This document shows, piece after piece, positions 1 through 7,440 of a DNA stretch of 24,173 nucleotides. Each line of letters begins with the position of its first letter. The first letter of the stretch is position 1. The stretch spans positions 1 through 24,173 of the forward strand of contig CALRBL010000001.1 in NCBI GenBank assembly GCA_943354075.1. Reading direction: 5' to 3'. A program made the translations under genes and the position numbers. The stretch is from Candidatus Nomurabacteria bacterium (GTDB lineage Bacteria; Patescibacteriota; Minisyncoccia; Phycocordibacterales; CALRBL01). The notes under the pieces are model-generated. The model saw nothing but the letters and a program-made list of their open reading frames with translations, made no database searches and had not been told where the DNA came from.

Positions 1-102
1 GATCCCCGCAATAGAAGCGATGCTCTGGATAAGAAGGAAAAGAGTGAGCACTGCCAATACCGCGATAATCATATTTCTGATACGTACGTCTAATGTGTGC
101 AT
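1..102 (-). CDS. N-terminal fragment of a membrane-anchored protein (runs off window); possibly SIMPL/DUF541-like
   Basis: ATG at 102-100 opens MHTLDVRIRNMIIAVLAVLTLFLLIQSIASIAGI (hydrophobic anchor), 4 nt after the folD stop. The family is only a guess. Confidence 0.55.
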   Translation of the reverse strand, partial: MHTLDVRIRNMIIAVLAVLTLFLLIQSIASIAGI

Positions 103-106
103 ATAT

Positions 107-964
107 TTAAAAATTAGCTGTTAATATTCCAACAGTATACTTCCTTAAAAGATTTTGGAAAAGAGAAGCAATGGTGAGAGGTCCAATCCCCCCAGGAACC
201 GGTGAAATAGCACTCACAAAAGCAGAAAGTGCTTCGAATTCGGCATCTCCTACTATCTTTCCTTCATGACGAGAGATGCCCACATCTATGACAATCTGAC
301 CTTTCTTTGCATGCTTTTTGGTAAGGAGCTTGGGTACGCCTGTCGCTGACACAATGATATCTGCTTCCTTACAGAGTCCTTCAAGATCGAGACTAAGATG
401 GTGTGCAATAATCACCGTTGCATCACGATTGAGGAAAGCGAGGGCAGTTGGCTTCCCTACCAAATCAGATCGTCCAATCATGAGCACTCGTTTACCAGCA
501 ATCGAAATCTTGTTAAAATCCAAAAGTGTCAAAATGCCGCGTGTAGTCGCCGGCACAATCCCCGACGGATCATTTCTCAAAAGTTTTTTTACATTCAAAG
601 AATGCATACCATCGACATCTTTATCAGGATCGATAGTTTCAAGAATTCTCTCTTTATCCATATGAACCGGCAATGGCAACTGAACGATAATTCCCTGAAT
701 ACGAGAATCTCCATTTAAGCGAAGAATCAAATCAATAATTTCTTCATCGCGAGCAGTGCTTGAGAGAGGATAAAGAACCACAGGAACACCAATATCTTCG
801 CCGAATTTAATCTTTCCTTTTATATACGAAGACGAAGCATCATCTGAACCAACTTGAATAATAGCAAGAGCAGGCACAGACCCTTTAGAAATATGAGACA
901 CGACAACCGCAAGCTCCCCCTTTATCTTATCTCGAAGCGGAATGCCGCTTAGTATAGTTGCCAT
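107..964 (-). CDS. folD: Bifunctional methylenetetrahydrofolate dehydrogenase/cyclohydrolase
   Basis: Motifs GIIVQLPLP, IDPDKDVDG, PATTRGI, IGRSDLVGKP, VIDVGI, PVPGGIGPLT. Start 964 preferred over 970 because TATACT (972-977) lies 7 nt upstream. Confidence 0.95.
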   Translation of the reverse strand: MATILSGIPLRDKIKGELAVVVSHISKGSVPALAIIQVGSDDASSSYIKGKIKFGEDIGVPVVLYPLSSTARDEEIIDLILRLNGDSRIQGIIVQLPLPVHMDKERILETIDPDKDVDGMHSLNVKKLLRNDPSGIVPATTRGILTLLDFNKISIAGKRVLMIGRSDLVGKPTALAFLNRDATVIIAHHLSLDLEGLCKEADIIVSATGVPKLLTKKHAKKGQIVIDVGISRHEGKIVGDAEFEALSAFVSAISPVPGGIGPLTIASLFQNLLRKYTVGILTANF

Positions 965-985
965 ACTCATAAGTATATCTTGATG

Positions 986-1642
986 TTATTTCGACAACTC
1001 TTCTTCAATAGCCGCCTTGATCGCATTGTAATCAGCACGACGGATGATGGTGTTATTCACAAAAAAAGTAGGAGTAGAGTCGACACCGACAAGCTTTCCG
1101 TCAGCGACATCTTTGTTGATGCGATCCTGATAGATATCTGATGAAAGTTTTTCCTTAAGACCTGTTGTATCCATACCAAGAGCTGTAGCGTATGAGACAA
1201 ACACATCAGCTGGATCAGAAAGAGTTTCCCACTCCTTTTGTCCGGCATATATTTTGGAATGCATTTCCCAATACTTACCCTGTTCGTTGGCGATGTATGT
1301 CATTTGAGCAGCCTTCACCGCGTTCTTATGCATTGCGAGCGGGAAATCACGGAAGACAAAAGTAACACGATCCTTGTAATCCGCTTTAAGTTTTTCGACA
1401 TCGGGTTCGATATATGCACATGCCGGGCATTGGTAATCACCGAATTCAACGACGGTCACCTTGGTACTCGAGGCAGAAGGAGAAAGCTTCATACTACTGT
1501 CGCGGACAAGGGCTTCTTGGTTCTCCGTAAGGACGCTTGGTGCTACGGAAGGAGCGTTCCTTTGATAGAGCCACGCTCCCCCGAAGAGGATGGCGAGGGA
1601 TACGATGCTCACAATAATGATTGATTTGGTTTCGGTAGTCAT
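986..1642 (-). CDS. DsbA/BdbD-like thioredoxin-fold thiol-disulfide oxidoreductase with N-terminal anchor
   Basis: VVEFGDYQCPAC, FRDFPL, GVDSTPTFFVN (cis-Pro loop) and an N-terminal TM helix. Start 1642 has TATACT (1649-1654) 6 nt upstream. Confidence 0.9.
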   Translation of the reverse strand: MTTETKSIIIVSIVSLAILFGGAWLYQRNAPSVAPSVLTENQEALVRDSSMKLSPSASSTKVTVVEFGDYQCPACAYIEPDVEKLKADYKDRVTFVFRDFPLAMHKNAVKAAQMTYIANEQGKYWEMHSKIYAGQKEWETLSDPADVFVSYATALGMDTTGLKEKLSSDIYQDRINKDVADGKLVGVDSTPTFFVNNTIIRRADYNAIKAAIEEELSK

Positions 1643-1658
1643 GGAGTGAGTATACGCG

Positions 1659-2090
1659 TTACTGAACGTTTTTTGCAAACTGCTTGTTCGCAGCGTAAAG
1701 GCAAACCAAAATCAAGCTGAATGCCGCCAACGAAAGCAGCGGGATGGTGAGGAAACCGAACCACTCGATGAGACGGACGGTGCACGAGATACCCGCCTTG
1801 CACGGAGCCATGGCTTCGGGAAGGATGTTGTAATACAGAAGACAGTGATATGCCGCGATCACCCAGCCGATAACAGCGAGAGGAAAGGCGTAGAGCAAGC
1901 TCGTCTTGTCTTTCCGCATCAGGCCGAAGCCGAGGATGATGACGAGTGGGTACATTGCAATACGCTGGTACCAACACAGGTCGCAGGGCGGCAGCTGCAT
2001 AACGAGGCTAAAGAAGAGACTACCGAGCATAGCCACGAGCGCCTGCATCCAAGCGATCGTCAGCGCGTATTTTTGGAAAAGGTTATACAT
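1659..2090 (-). CDS. dsbB: Disulfide bond formation protein B (DsbB/BdbC family)
   Basis: PCDLCWYQRIAMYP, second Cys pair PCKAGISC, TIPLLSL, four TM segments. Confidence 0.92.
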   Translation of the reverse strand: MYNLFQKYALTIAWMQALVAMLGSLFFSLVMQLPPCDLCWYQRIAMYPLVIILGFGLMRKDKTSLLYAFPLAVIGWVIAAYHCLLYYNILPEAMAPCKAGISCTVRLIEWFGFLTIPLLSLAAFSLILVCLYAANKQFAKNVQ

Positions 2091-2106
2091 ACAGTATATT
2101 TATAGC

Positions 2107-2667
2107 ATGATTATCATCGGCATTACAGGACATATCGGCGCAGGAAAAGGCACGGTGGTAGATTATCTCACGAAGACAAAAGGGTTGAAGCATTACTCAG
2201 CGAGAACCTTCATCACCAAGGAAGTCGAGAAGCGGGGGTTGCCGGTGGATCGCGACAACATGACAAAAGTATCGAATGAGTTGCGAGAGGAACACTCTCC
2301 GAGTTACATTATCGAATCTTTATATCACTCAGCCAAAGCAAAAGGAGAAGATTGTATTATCGAATCCATTCGCACCGTCGGTGAAGTAGAAGCGCTTCGC
2401 GCGATTGGGCATTTCCATCTTTTTGCAATAACTGCCGACCTCCCTCTCCGCTATGACCGTATTGTCTTGCGCGGCAACGAGACCGACAAGATTTCTTTCG
2501 ATACCTTCGCCGAACAGAACAAACGTGAAGCAACATCAACAGATCTTCACAAACAAAATATCGATGCATGCATGACAAAAGCCGATGTCGTCTTCAACAA
2601 CAACGGCACAATCGAAGAGCTTCACGAGGAGATCGAAAATGCGATGAAGGAGTTGGTGTTGGTGTAA
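2107..2667 (+). CDS. P-loop NMP-kinase-like protein (dephospho-CoA/adenylate kinase-like fold)
   Basis: IIGITGHIGAGKGT Walker A, IIESIR, R-x3-RG lid, ADVVFNNNGT. Start 2107 has TATATT 6 nt upstream; the ORF-track extension from 1906 is antisense to dsbB. Confidence 0.8.
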   Translation: MIIIGITGHIGAGKGTVVDYLTKTKGLKHYSARTFITKEVEKRGLPVDRDNMTKVSNELREEHSPSYIIESLYHSAKAKGEDCIIESIRTVGEVEALRAIGHFHLFAITADLPLRYDRIVLRGNETDKISFDTFAEQNKREATSTDLHKQNIDACMTKADVVFNNNGTIEELHEEIENAMKELVLV

Positions 2668-2671
2668 AACT

Positions 2672-3079
2672 TTATATCGTAAAATACCTTTTTAAAGCTT
2701 CGAAAAAACTTGAACCGTCGTCTACTTCCTTATAATTATTCTTATTTACAAAGCGATATGAATCGTGTTCATCACTTAGTTTAATTTCTCCCGAAACATA
2801 GCTACATTTGTATCCGACAATAAATACTTTCTTTCCTTCATTCCTATGTCCTACTGGATAATCTGAGTACCACGTAAAAAAGGGAGCACCAACTTCTATC
2901 TCGATACTCGTCTCTTCTCTCACTTCGCGCTTTAACGCCTCTTCGAAATTGGTCTCTCCCATCTGCACCTTCCCTCCAGGAAAATCCAATCCCTCCATCG
3001 GATCGTTTAATATTAAAATGTTACCGTCTTTCTCAAGGAAGGCTTTCTGACAGACATAGAACAGTGCGTCTTCTTTCAT
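2672..3079 (-). CDS. NUDIX hydrolase
   Basis: FPGGKVQMGETNFEEALKREVREET Nudix box, plus LSDEH. Confidence 0.9.
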   Translation of the reverse strand: MKEDALFYVCQKAFLEKDGNILILNDPMEGLDFPGGKVQMGETNFEEALKREVREETSIEIEVGAPFFTWYSDYPVGHRNEGKKVFIVGYKCSYVSGEIKLSDEHDSYRFVNKNNYKEVDDGSSFFEALKRYFTI

Positions 3080-3108
3080 AGGGGGAGTATATCAGAATCC
3101 AAAATTTG

Positions 3109-3180
3109 GGCGACTAGAGAGAATCGAACTCTCGAATTTGGCACCACAAACCAATGTTTTACCACTAAACTATAGTCGCC
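3109..3180 (-). tRNA. tRNA-His(GUG) with genomic G-1; CCA not encoded
   Basis: Minus strand G-GCGACTA...TTGGT-TTGTGGT-GCCAA...GAGAG-TTCGATT-CTCTC-TAGTCGC-C folds as a cloverleaf. Confidence 0.95.
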
Positions 3181-3596
3181 ATACCCTGCAAAATCAGCAC
3201 CTTACTGAACTTTTGCTTGCTTACACTATCATGATGTACCAGATGATGGCAATTGTGGCAAAGCCAGGCTAGATTTTCTATACTCACATTGGTATGGTCT
3301 TGATCAACATGATGCACAGCTAAAACTCGCACATCTTTCTCTTTACACATTAAACAAACTTGTGAAATAGAGCTGCCGAGTAAGATCTTTCTGTATCTTG
3401 AATAACCATCTTTCCAATTTTTATGTCTATCTCCTGCATACTGTGTATTTCTCCATTTTGTCTGACATGACTTAGAGCAAAAATACTTTTTACTTTTAGA
3501 ACGTTTAATCTGGGTTAGTGTTTTATAGATTTCTTTTGAGCAGGAATAGCACTCTATGAAAACACCTGTTTTACAATATATTCTTTGTATGCTCAT
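3165..3596 (-). CDS. Zn-finger HNH endonuclease-like protein (stop inside tRNA-His)
   Basis: CYSC..FCSKSC, CLMC, HHVDQDHTNVSIENLAWLCHNCHHLVH; ATGA overlap with the upstream paralog. Confidence 0.85.
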   Translation of the reverse strand: MSIQRIYCKTGVFIECYSCSKEIYKTLTQIKRSKSKKYFCSKSCQTKWRNTQYAGDRHKNWKDGYSRYRKILLGSSISQVCLMCKEKDVRVLAVHHVDQDHTNVSIENLAWLCHNCHHLVHHDSVSKQKFSKVLILQGMATIV

Positions 3597-4084
3597 ATTT
3601 TTGATAATAATTCCCTATTAACTTCTTGGTAATGATGGACTAAAAAGTGGCAATTGTAGCAAAGCCACGTTAAATTACTAATTGAGTTATTCTTTCTATT
3701 CCAATCTACATGATGCGCAACTAAAATTTTAGTATTATCCTTCGTACACAGAAGACACGAAGGAACTCCACCCTTTCGTAATAAAATATTTTTATAGGCA
3801 AATTCTCCATTTTTCCAATTTCCATGACCAGCTTCTCTCTGCTGAGGATTAAGCCAATTTAGATTACAGGCATGTGAACAAAAATAATTCTTACTCTTGG
3901 ATCTATTAAGATCTCTTAGTGATTTATATATTTGCTTAGAACAGACAGTACACTTTACAAGGCTTCCTTTTCTTCTACCCACATCACTACATTTTCTTGA
4001 ACAACAAATACCAACTCCACGTTTCAACCACGATGGTTTAGCATAAAATTTATTTAGACAAGTTTTGCATAAAATCTGTGACAT
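3593..4084 (-). CDS. Zn-finger HNH endonuclease-like protein
   Basis: CKTC..CCSRKC, CTVC..FCSHAC, CLLC, HHVDWNRKNNSISNLTWLCYNCHFLVH; TAAAAT (4091-4096) 6 nt upstream. Confidence 0.87.
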   Translation of the reverse strand: MSQILCKTCLNKFYAKPSWLKRGVGICCSRKCSDVGRRKGSLVKCTVCSKQIYKSLRDLNRSKSKNYFCSHACNLNWLNPQQREAGHGNWKNGEFAYKNILLRKGGVPSCLLCTKDNTKILVAHHVDWNRKNNSISNLTWLCYNCHFLVHHYQEVNRELLSKI

Positions 4085-4121
4085 CTTCCAATTTTACCAA
4101 ATAAAATATCATCGAGACAAC

Positions 4122-4151
4122 AAAATAACCCAACATACACTGGGTTATTTT
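4122..4151. terminator. Intrinsic terminator downstream of tRNA-Leu (probably bidirectional)
   Basis: Perfect 11-bp inverted repeat AAAATAACCCA-8 nt-TGGGTTATTTT. Confidence 0.7.
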
Positions 4152-4167
4152 ATCTTTTCTTTATTTG

Positions 4168-4250
4168 TGCGCGAGAGAGGACTTGCACCTCCACGCCCTT
4201 ACGGGCACACCCACCTCAAGGGTGCTTGGCTACTGTTACAACACTCGCGC
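4168..4250 (-). tRNA. tRNA-Leu(GAG), long variable arm
   Basis: GCGCGAG/CTCGCGC acceptor, CACCC-TTGAGGT-GGGTG, variable arm GCCC-GTAA-GGGC, T arm GGAGG-TGCAAGT-CCTCT. Confidence 0.92.
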
Positions 4251-4280
4251 ATGACGGCCAGTATAGGCCAAACCTTTCTT

Positions 4281-4754
4281 TTATTCAATAACCTCCAAAA
4301 GGAGATCAAAACGATAATCAGTATCACCAATCTTTCCCGGAACCGCAGGATACGGACTCACCTTCTCGAGAGTGATCTTAGTGCTTCCTACATAAAAGGA
4401 AGTTCCCTCTTCAACATCTTTTGAAGTGACGTGTTCACCTTCGAGTGAATAAATACTCAAAGAGACTACCGCCCTTCCCGCTTGGATACATTGCACACTC
4501 TCGGGACATCGACTGTCTTCCTTGATAGCAGAAGGCTCAATCAAAATATCATTGTATGCGATACGTTCACGAAAAGATGCGGTCACCTTCTTGCTTCCCG
4601 GGGTCACCACAGCATCAGGAACCACACTGTCGGTAGACGTAGCGATGACAACAGGAACGTTTTCAGGTACCGCTTTCGGCGGATTAATGAGGATTGTCAG
4701 TAAAATGATGAGGAGTGCGATGAGTGCTACGAGAATGAAAAGATGTTTTTTCAT
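4281..4754 (-). CDS. Hypothetical exported/anchored protein with DSRCP-x3-QC motif
   Basis: N-terminal hydrophobic helix, Cys pair EDSRCPESVQCIQAG, TAATG overlap with rplS. Confidence 0.7.
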   Translation of the reverse strand: MKKHLFILVALIALLIILLTILINPPKAVPENVPVVIATSTDSVVPDAVVTPGSKKVTASFRERIAYNDILIEPSAIKEDSRCPESVQCIQAGRAVVSLSIYSLEGEHVTSKDVEEGTSFYVGSTKITLEKVSPYPAVPGKIGDTDYRFDLLLEVIE

Positions 4755-5188
4755 TATTCAACAGAAGCTTCGGCAGGAGCGGCGGCGACAGCAGCAACTG
4801 CTTTAACAGTCTTTGCATTTCGCATCTGACGGCTGATTTCTTTAGCAGCTTTGTCACGGATGTAGTAGAGCTTGGCTCGGCGAACCTTAGCGCTTCGTAC
4901 CACTTCGATCTTGTCGATCATTGGAGAGTAAAGTGGGAAAATTCGTTCTACTCCTACTCCTTCAGTAACTTTTCGTACAGTGAAAGTAGCTCCAGCTTCG
5001 GTGCCATGCTTTCGTGCAAGAATAAGACCTTCAAAGATCTGAAGTCGGATCTTTCCCTTTTCATTGATGATCTGGTGAACCTTTACTACATCTCCGGAAC
5101 GGAAAGTAAGCGCCTTTCGTTCTTCAGGGTTAATAACGTTCAATTTGACTGCCTTTACGTGTGCTTCTTTTTTAGGTTTTCCTGCCAT
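4754..5188 (-). CDS. rplS: 50S ribosomal protein L19
   Basis: FRSGDVVKVH, QIFEG, TFTVRK..GVGVERIFPLYSP, KVRRAKLYYIR. Confidence 0.98.
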   Translation of the reverse strand: MAGKPKKEAHVKAVKLNVINPEERKALTFRSGDVVKVHQIINEKGKIRLQIFEGLILARKHGTEAGATFTVRKVTEGVGVERIFPLYSPMIDKIEVVRSAKVRRAKLYYIRDKAAKEISRQMRNAKTVKAVAAVAAAPAEASVE

Positions 5189-5218
5189 ATATATGTAAAT
5201 TAAGTGACTTGGACTTTA

Positions 5219-5971
5219 TCACACGAGCTTGGAAAGAGCAAATGTGAAGTCATCAGGATAGGGGGCTTCTATAGTGACTTCGTTGTTTTCCATGTCGGTA
5301 AAGGTAATTTCCCTAGAATGAAGGGCGAGGCGCTTGAAACCAAGAAGAGGTTCCCGTTTTGGGGCATACAAAGGATCGGCGACCAAAGGATGGTTGATAG
5401 CCTTAAAATGGACACGGATCTGGTGGGTACGCCCGGTCAAAGGAGATACTTCGATGAGTGTCACGTCCGTTGCAAGATTCTCTGTATCGAGCCGGTTCAA
5501 CACCTTAAAATGCGTCACTGCGTCTCGAGTCTCTCCCCTGCCTCCACGCTGTGCCGACCACAGACGAAAATCTTTTCGAGAACGAGCGATAGGACGATCG
5601 ATAACACCATCGTCTTCTTTAATAATTCCATATACAAACGCATGATATTTCTTTTCGATTGATCGATCTTGAAACTGTCGCTTCAAATGATTGAACCCTT
5701 CCTGAGTAAGAGCAATAAGCATCACACCAGACGTGTCGCGGTCCAAACGATGCACAATACCAGGACGCTTGATGGGCATCTTAGCAGTATCAGCAAATAC
5801 GATAGGCTCCCCCACTTCTGCCGCCTGCGGAAAGTGTTCGGTAACCCAATCCGAAAGAGTCACTTCTTCGGTGCGACCATCACTATGCACAACCAAACCC
5901 GCCGGCTTGTTGATGGCGAGGATGTGGGAGTCTTGATGGAGGATGGTGATTTTATTCTTCTTTGAAGACAT
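5219..5971 (-). CDS. RluA-family pseudouridine synthase
   Basis: INKPAGLVVH, GIVHRLDRDTSG (catalytic Asp), TGRTHQIRVH, DPLY, LALH; no S4 domain. Confidence 0.95.
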   Translation of the reverse strand: MSSKKNKITILHQDSHILAINKPAGLVVHSDGRTEEVTLSDWVTEHFPQAAEVGEPIVFADTAKMPIKRPGIVHRLDRDTSGVMLIALTQEGFNHLKRQFQDRSIEKKYHAFVYGIIKEDDGVIDRPIARSRKDFRLWSAQRGGRGETRDAVTHFKVLNRLDTENLATDVTLIEVSPLTGRTHQIRVHFKAINHPLVADPLYAPKREPLLGFKRLALHSREITFTDMENNEVTIEAPYPDDFTFALSKLV

Positions 5972-5984
5972 ATGTTGCTACCAT

Positions 5985-6021
5985 AACAGAAAAGGGCCTG
6001 CACATCCATGTGCAGGCCCTT
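5985..6021 (-). terminator. Intrinsic terminator of the ClpP-like gene
   Basis: Perfect inverted repeat AAGGGCCTGCACAT/ATGTGCAGGCCCTT (5992-6021), followed on the minus strand by TTCTGTT. Confidence 0.75.
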
Positions 6022-6562
6022 ACAACACTTCATCCGCCAATTCCGCCGTAATCGCTTGTTCCCAAGTGAAGCTGGTATCCCCTTTGTCAGCGAGGATATG
6101 AGCAACCTGCTCATCAGTGAGTTTGGTTCGCAATTTCAGCAATGCAGCTTTTTTCTTATTAAGAACAAGTAACCGTCGATATGCCTTACGAGGAATCCTC
6201 CCTTCAGAATCGAGATGGGCCGAAGAAAGCGAGAGTTGAATCGGATGGATCTTTATCCTAAATCCTTCGGTCAAAGGAACTAATCTCTTCTTGCAAGAGA
6301 TAAAGACATAGGCGGCTGCAGAAGCAAGGAGTTCTCCCTTCGCTTTTGCAACCACTTGCTTCTTACTCGCAAGAATAAGATCGATGAGTTCGAACGCCTT
6401 TGAAGGATCCCCTCCGCGACAATATCCGAACTCAAAGATAACCTCATCACCTTTCGCATCTCGAAACCTTTCGATGATCTCTCGAAACTGATCAGCTGAA
6501 GTCAGTTCCGTCGTAGTATCAGCACTTTCGTCGTGCCGCCCTATCAGAATAGTCGTTTTCAT
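6020..6562 (-). CDS. Divergent ClpP-like serine peptidase
   Basis: CRGGD (cf. SPGG), LASAAA (Ser), IKIHP (His) and GDTSFTWEQAITAELADEVL (cf. DRFLSAPEAVEYGLVD) occur in ClpP order; purine-rich AGAAAGGGG upstream. Confidence 0.7.
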   Translation of the reverse strand: MKTTILIGRHDESADTTTELTSADQFREIIERFRDAKGDEVIFEFGYCRGGDPSKAFELIDLILASKKQVVAKAKGELLASAAAYVFISCKKRLVPLTEGFRIKIHPIQLSLSSAHLDSEGRIPRKAYRRLLVLNKKKAALLKLRTKLTDEQVAHILADKGDTSFTWEQAITAELADEVL

Positions 6563-6602
6563 CTTTACCCCTTTCTAAGGTTGATTGTTGATTTTTTACA
6601 GT

Positions 6603-6617
6603 AAGTGTGTCACACTT
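6603..6617. promoter_or_regulatory. Operator-like palindrome between divergent genes
   Basis: AAGTGTG-T-CACACTT, a perfect 7-1-7 dyad. Confidence 0.4.
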
Positions 6618-6688
6618 CCACACTGAACCTAGCATACATTGTGCTGGGGGACAACAACACAACAAAACAAAACAAAGAAGAAAGAAGT

Positions 6689-6886
6689 ATGCTAAAAAGT
6701 AACCTGACACCGATCCGTACCCAACGAGCCCTTGAAATAGCCATGGGAACTCGCCCCTGGGGAGCCCCGCCAAGTCTCATCGGGTGCGCACCACTGTTCA
6801 CCTCGGAAGACGACCTCGGCGTCAAGCTCACCTCCTCGGTGGAACCGAGGTCAGCAAAAAAGCGCAAATCGCGCAAAAAGAAGTAG
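6689..6886 (+). CDS. Small hypothetical protein (65 aa) with Lys/Arg-rich tail
   Basis: ATG follows a C/A-rich leader; ends SAKKRKSRKKK; a plus-strand terminator follows. No family recognised. Confidence 0.4.
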   Translation: MLKSNLTPIRTQRALEIAMGTRPWGAPPSLIGCAPLFTSEDDLGVKLTSSVEPRSAKKRKSRKKK

Positions 6887-6905
6887 CCTCGGCTACGACC
6901 CATCC

Positions 6906-6950
6906 AACCGCAGTCACCCGCCCCCGGCGAGCGACTGCGGTTTTTTTCTT
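6906..6950 (+). terminator. Intrinsic terminator
   Basis: AACCGCAGTC...GACTGCGGTT stem with inner CGCC/GGCG pairing, then TTTTTTTCTT. Confidence 0.7.
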
Positions 6951-6973
6951 TCCTTATTTTTACCGAAAATCTG

Positions 6974-7046
6974 TGCGCGATGCAGGACTCGAACCTGCGA
7001 CCTTCTCAGTGTAAATGAGTTGCTCTACCAACTGAGCTAATCGCGC
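6974..7046 (-). tRNA. tRNA-Val(UAC)
   Basis: GCGCGAT/ATCGCGC, GCTC-AGTTGGTA-GAGC, loop TTTACAC, GCAGG-TTCGAGT-CCTGC. Confidence 0.95.
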
Positions 7047-7084
7047 TTGAAACTCTTCGAACGTTTTTCTTTATATCATACTTA

Positions 7085-7159
7085 TGGTGCCCCCGCTAGG
7101 AATCGAACCTAGAATAACGGCTTAGAAGTCCGCAGTTATATCCATTTAACTACAGGGGC
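7085..7159 (-). tRNA. tRNA-Arg(UCU), CCA encoded
   Basis: GCCCCTG/CGGGGGC-A-CCA, loop CTTCTAA, CTAGG-TTCGATT-CCTAG. Confidence 0.95.
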
Positions 7160-7164
7160 ATTGG

Positions 7165-7194
7165 GTACAACATCGGTTGTACAAAGCGATCATA
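7165..7194 (-). promoter_or_regulatory. Putative -10 box and 5' leader hairpin of the tRNA-Arg/tRNA-Val transcript
   Basis: TATGAT (7189-7194), 6 nt, then GTACAAC-CGAT-GTTGTAC hairpin (7182-7165), 5 nt before the tRNA. Confidence 0.5.
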
Positions 7195-7199
7195 ACGGA

Positions 7200-7439
7200 T
7201 TACTGTCGATTCTCAAAGAAAGCAGAAATACGATCCACGCGCTTAATGGTGGATTCACCATCCTCCGAAGCATTTCCTCCAACCGATGAACTTTCTCCAC
7301 TTTTTCCTAAAGAGAAGAAGAGATGCGTGCTCACACCGATCACTGCAAGAACAAGTATAGTAAATACGATCATAAGACGCTTCCAATCACGATGAGGATG
7401 TATAGGATTCCATGAAAAGTGAATGTGTTTTTGATTCAT
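7200..7439 (-). CDS. Small single-TM protein at the end of the pilMNO operon
   Basis: Starts 1 nt after the pilO-like stop; PHRDW followed by a TM helix. Confidence 0.65.
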   Translation of the reverse strand: MNQKHIHFSWNPIHPHRDWKRLMIVFTILVLAVIGVSTHLFFSLGKSGESSSVGGNASEDGESTIKRVDRISAFFENRQ

Positions 7440-7440
7440 A

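Noticed and set aside
6850-6886. KKRKSRKKK as a eukaryotic nuclear localisation signal
   Set aside because: No export signal or evidence of a eukaryotic host; basic tails are common, and the ORF itself is uncertain.
5972-6990. att duplication of the tRNA-Val 3' end bounding the ClpP-like islet
   Set aside because: Only CCTGCA (6 nt) is shared, which is expected by chance.
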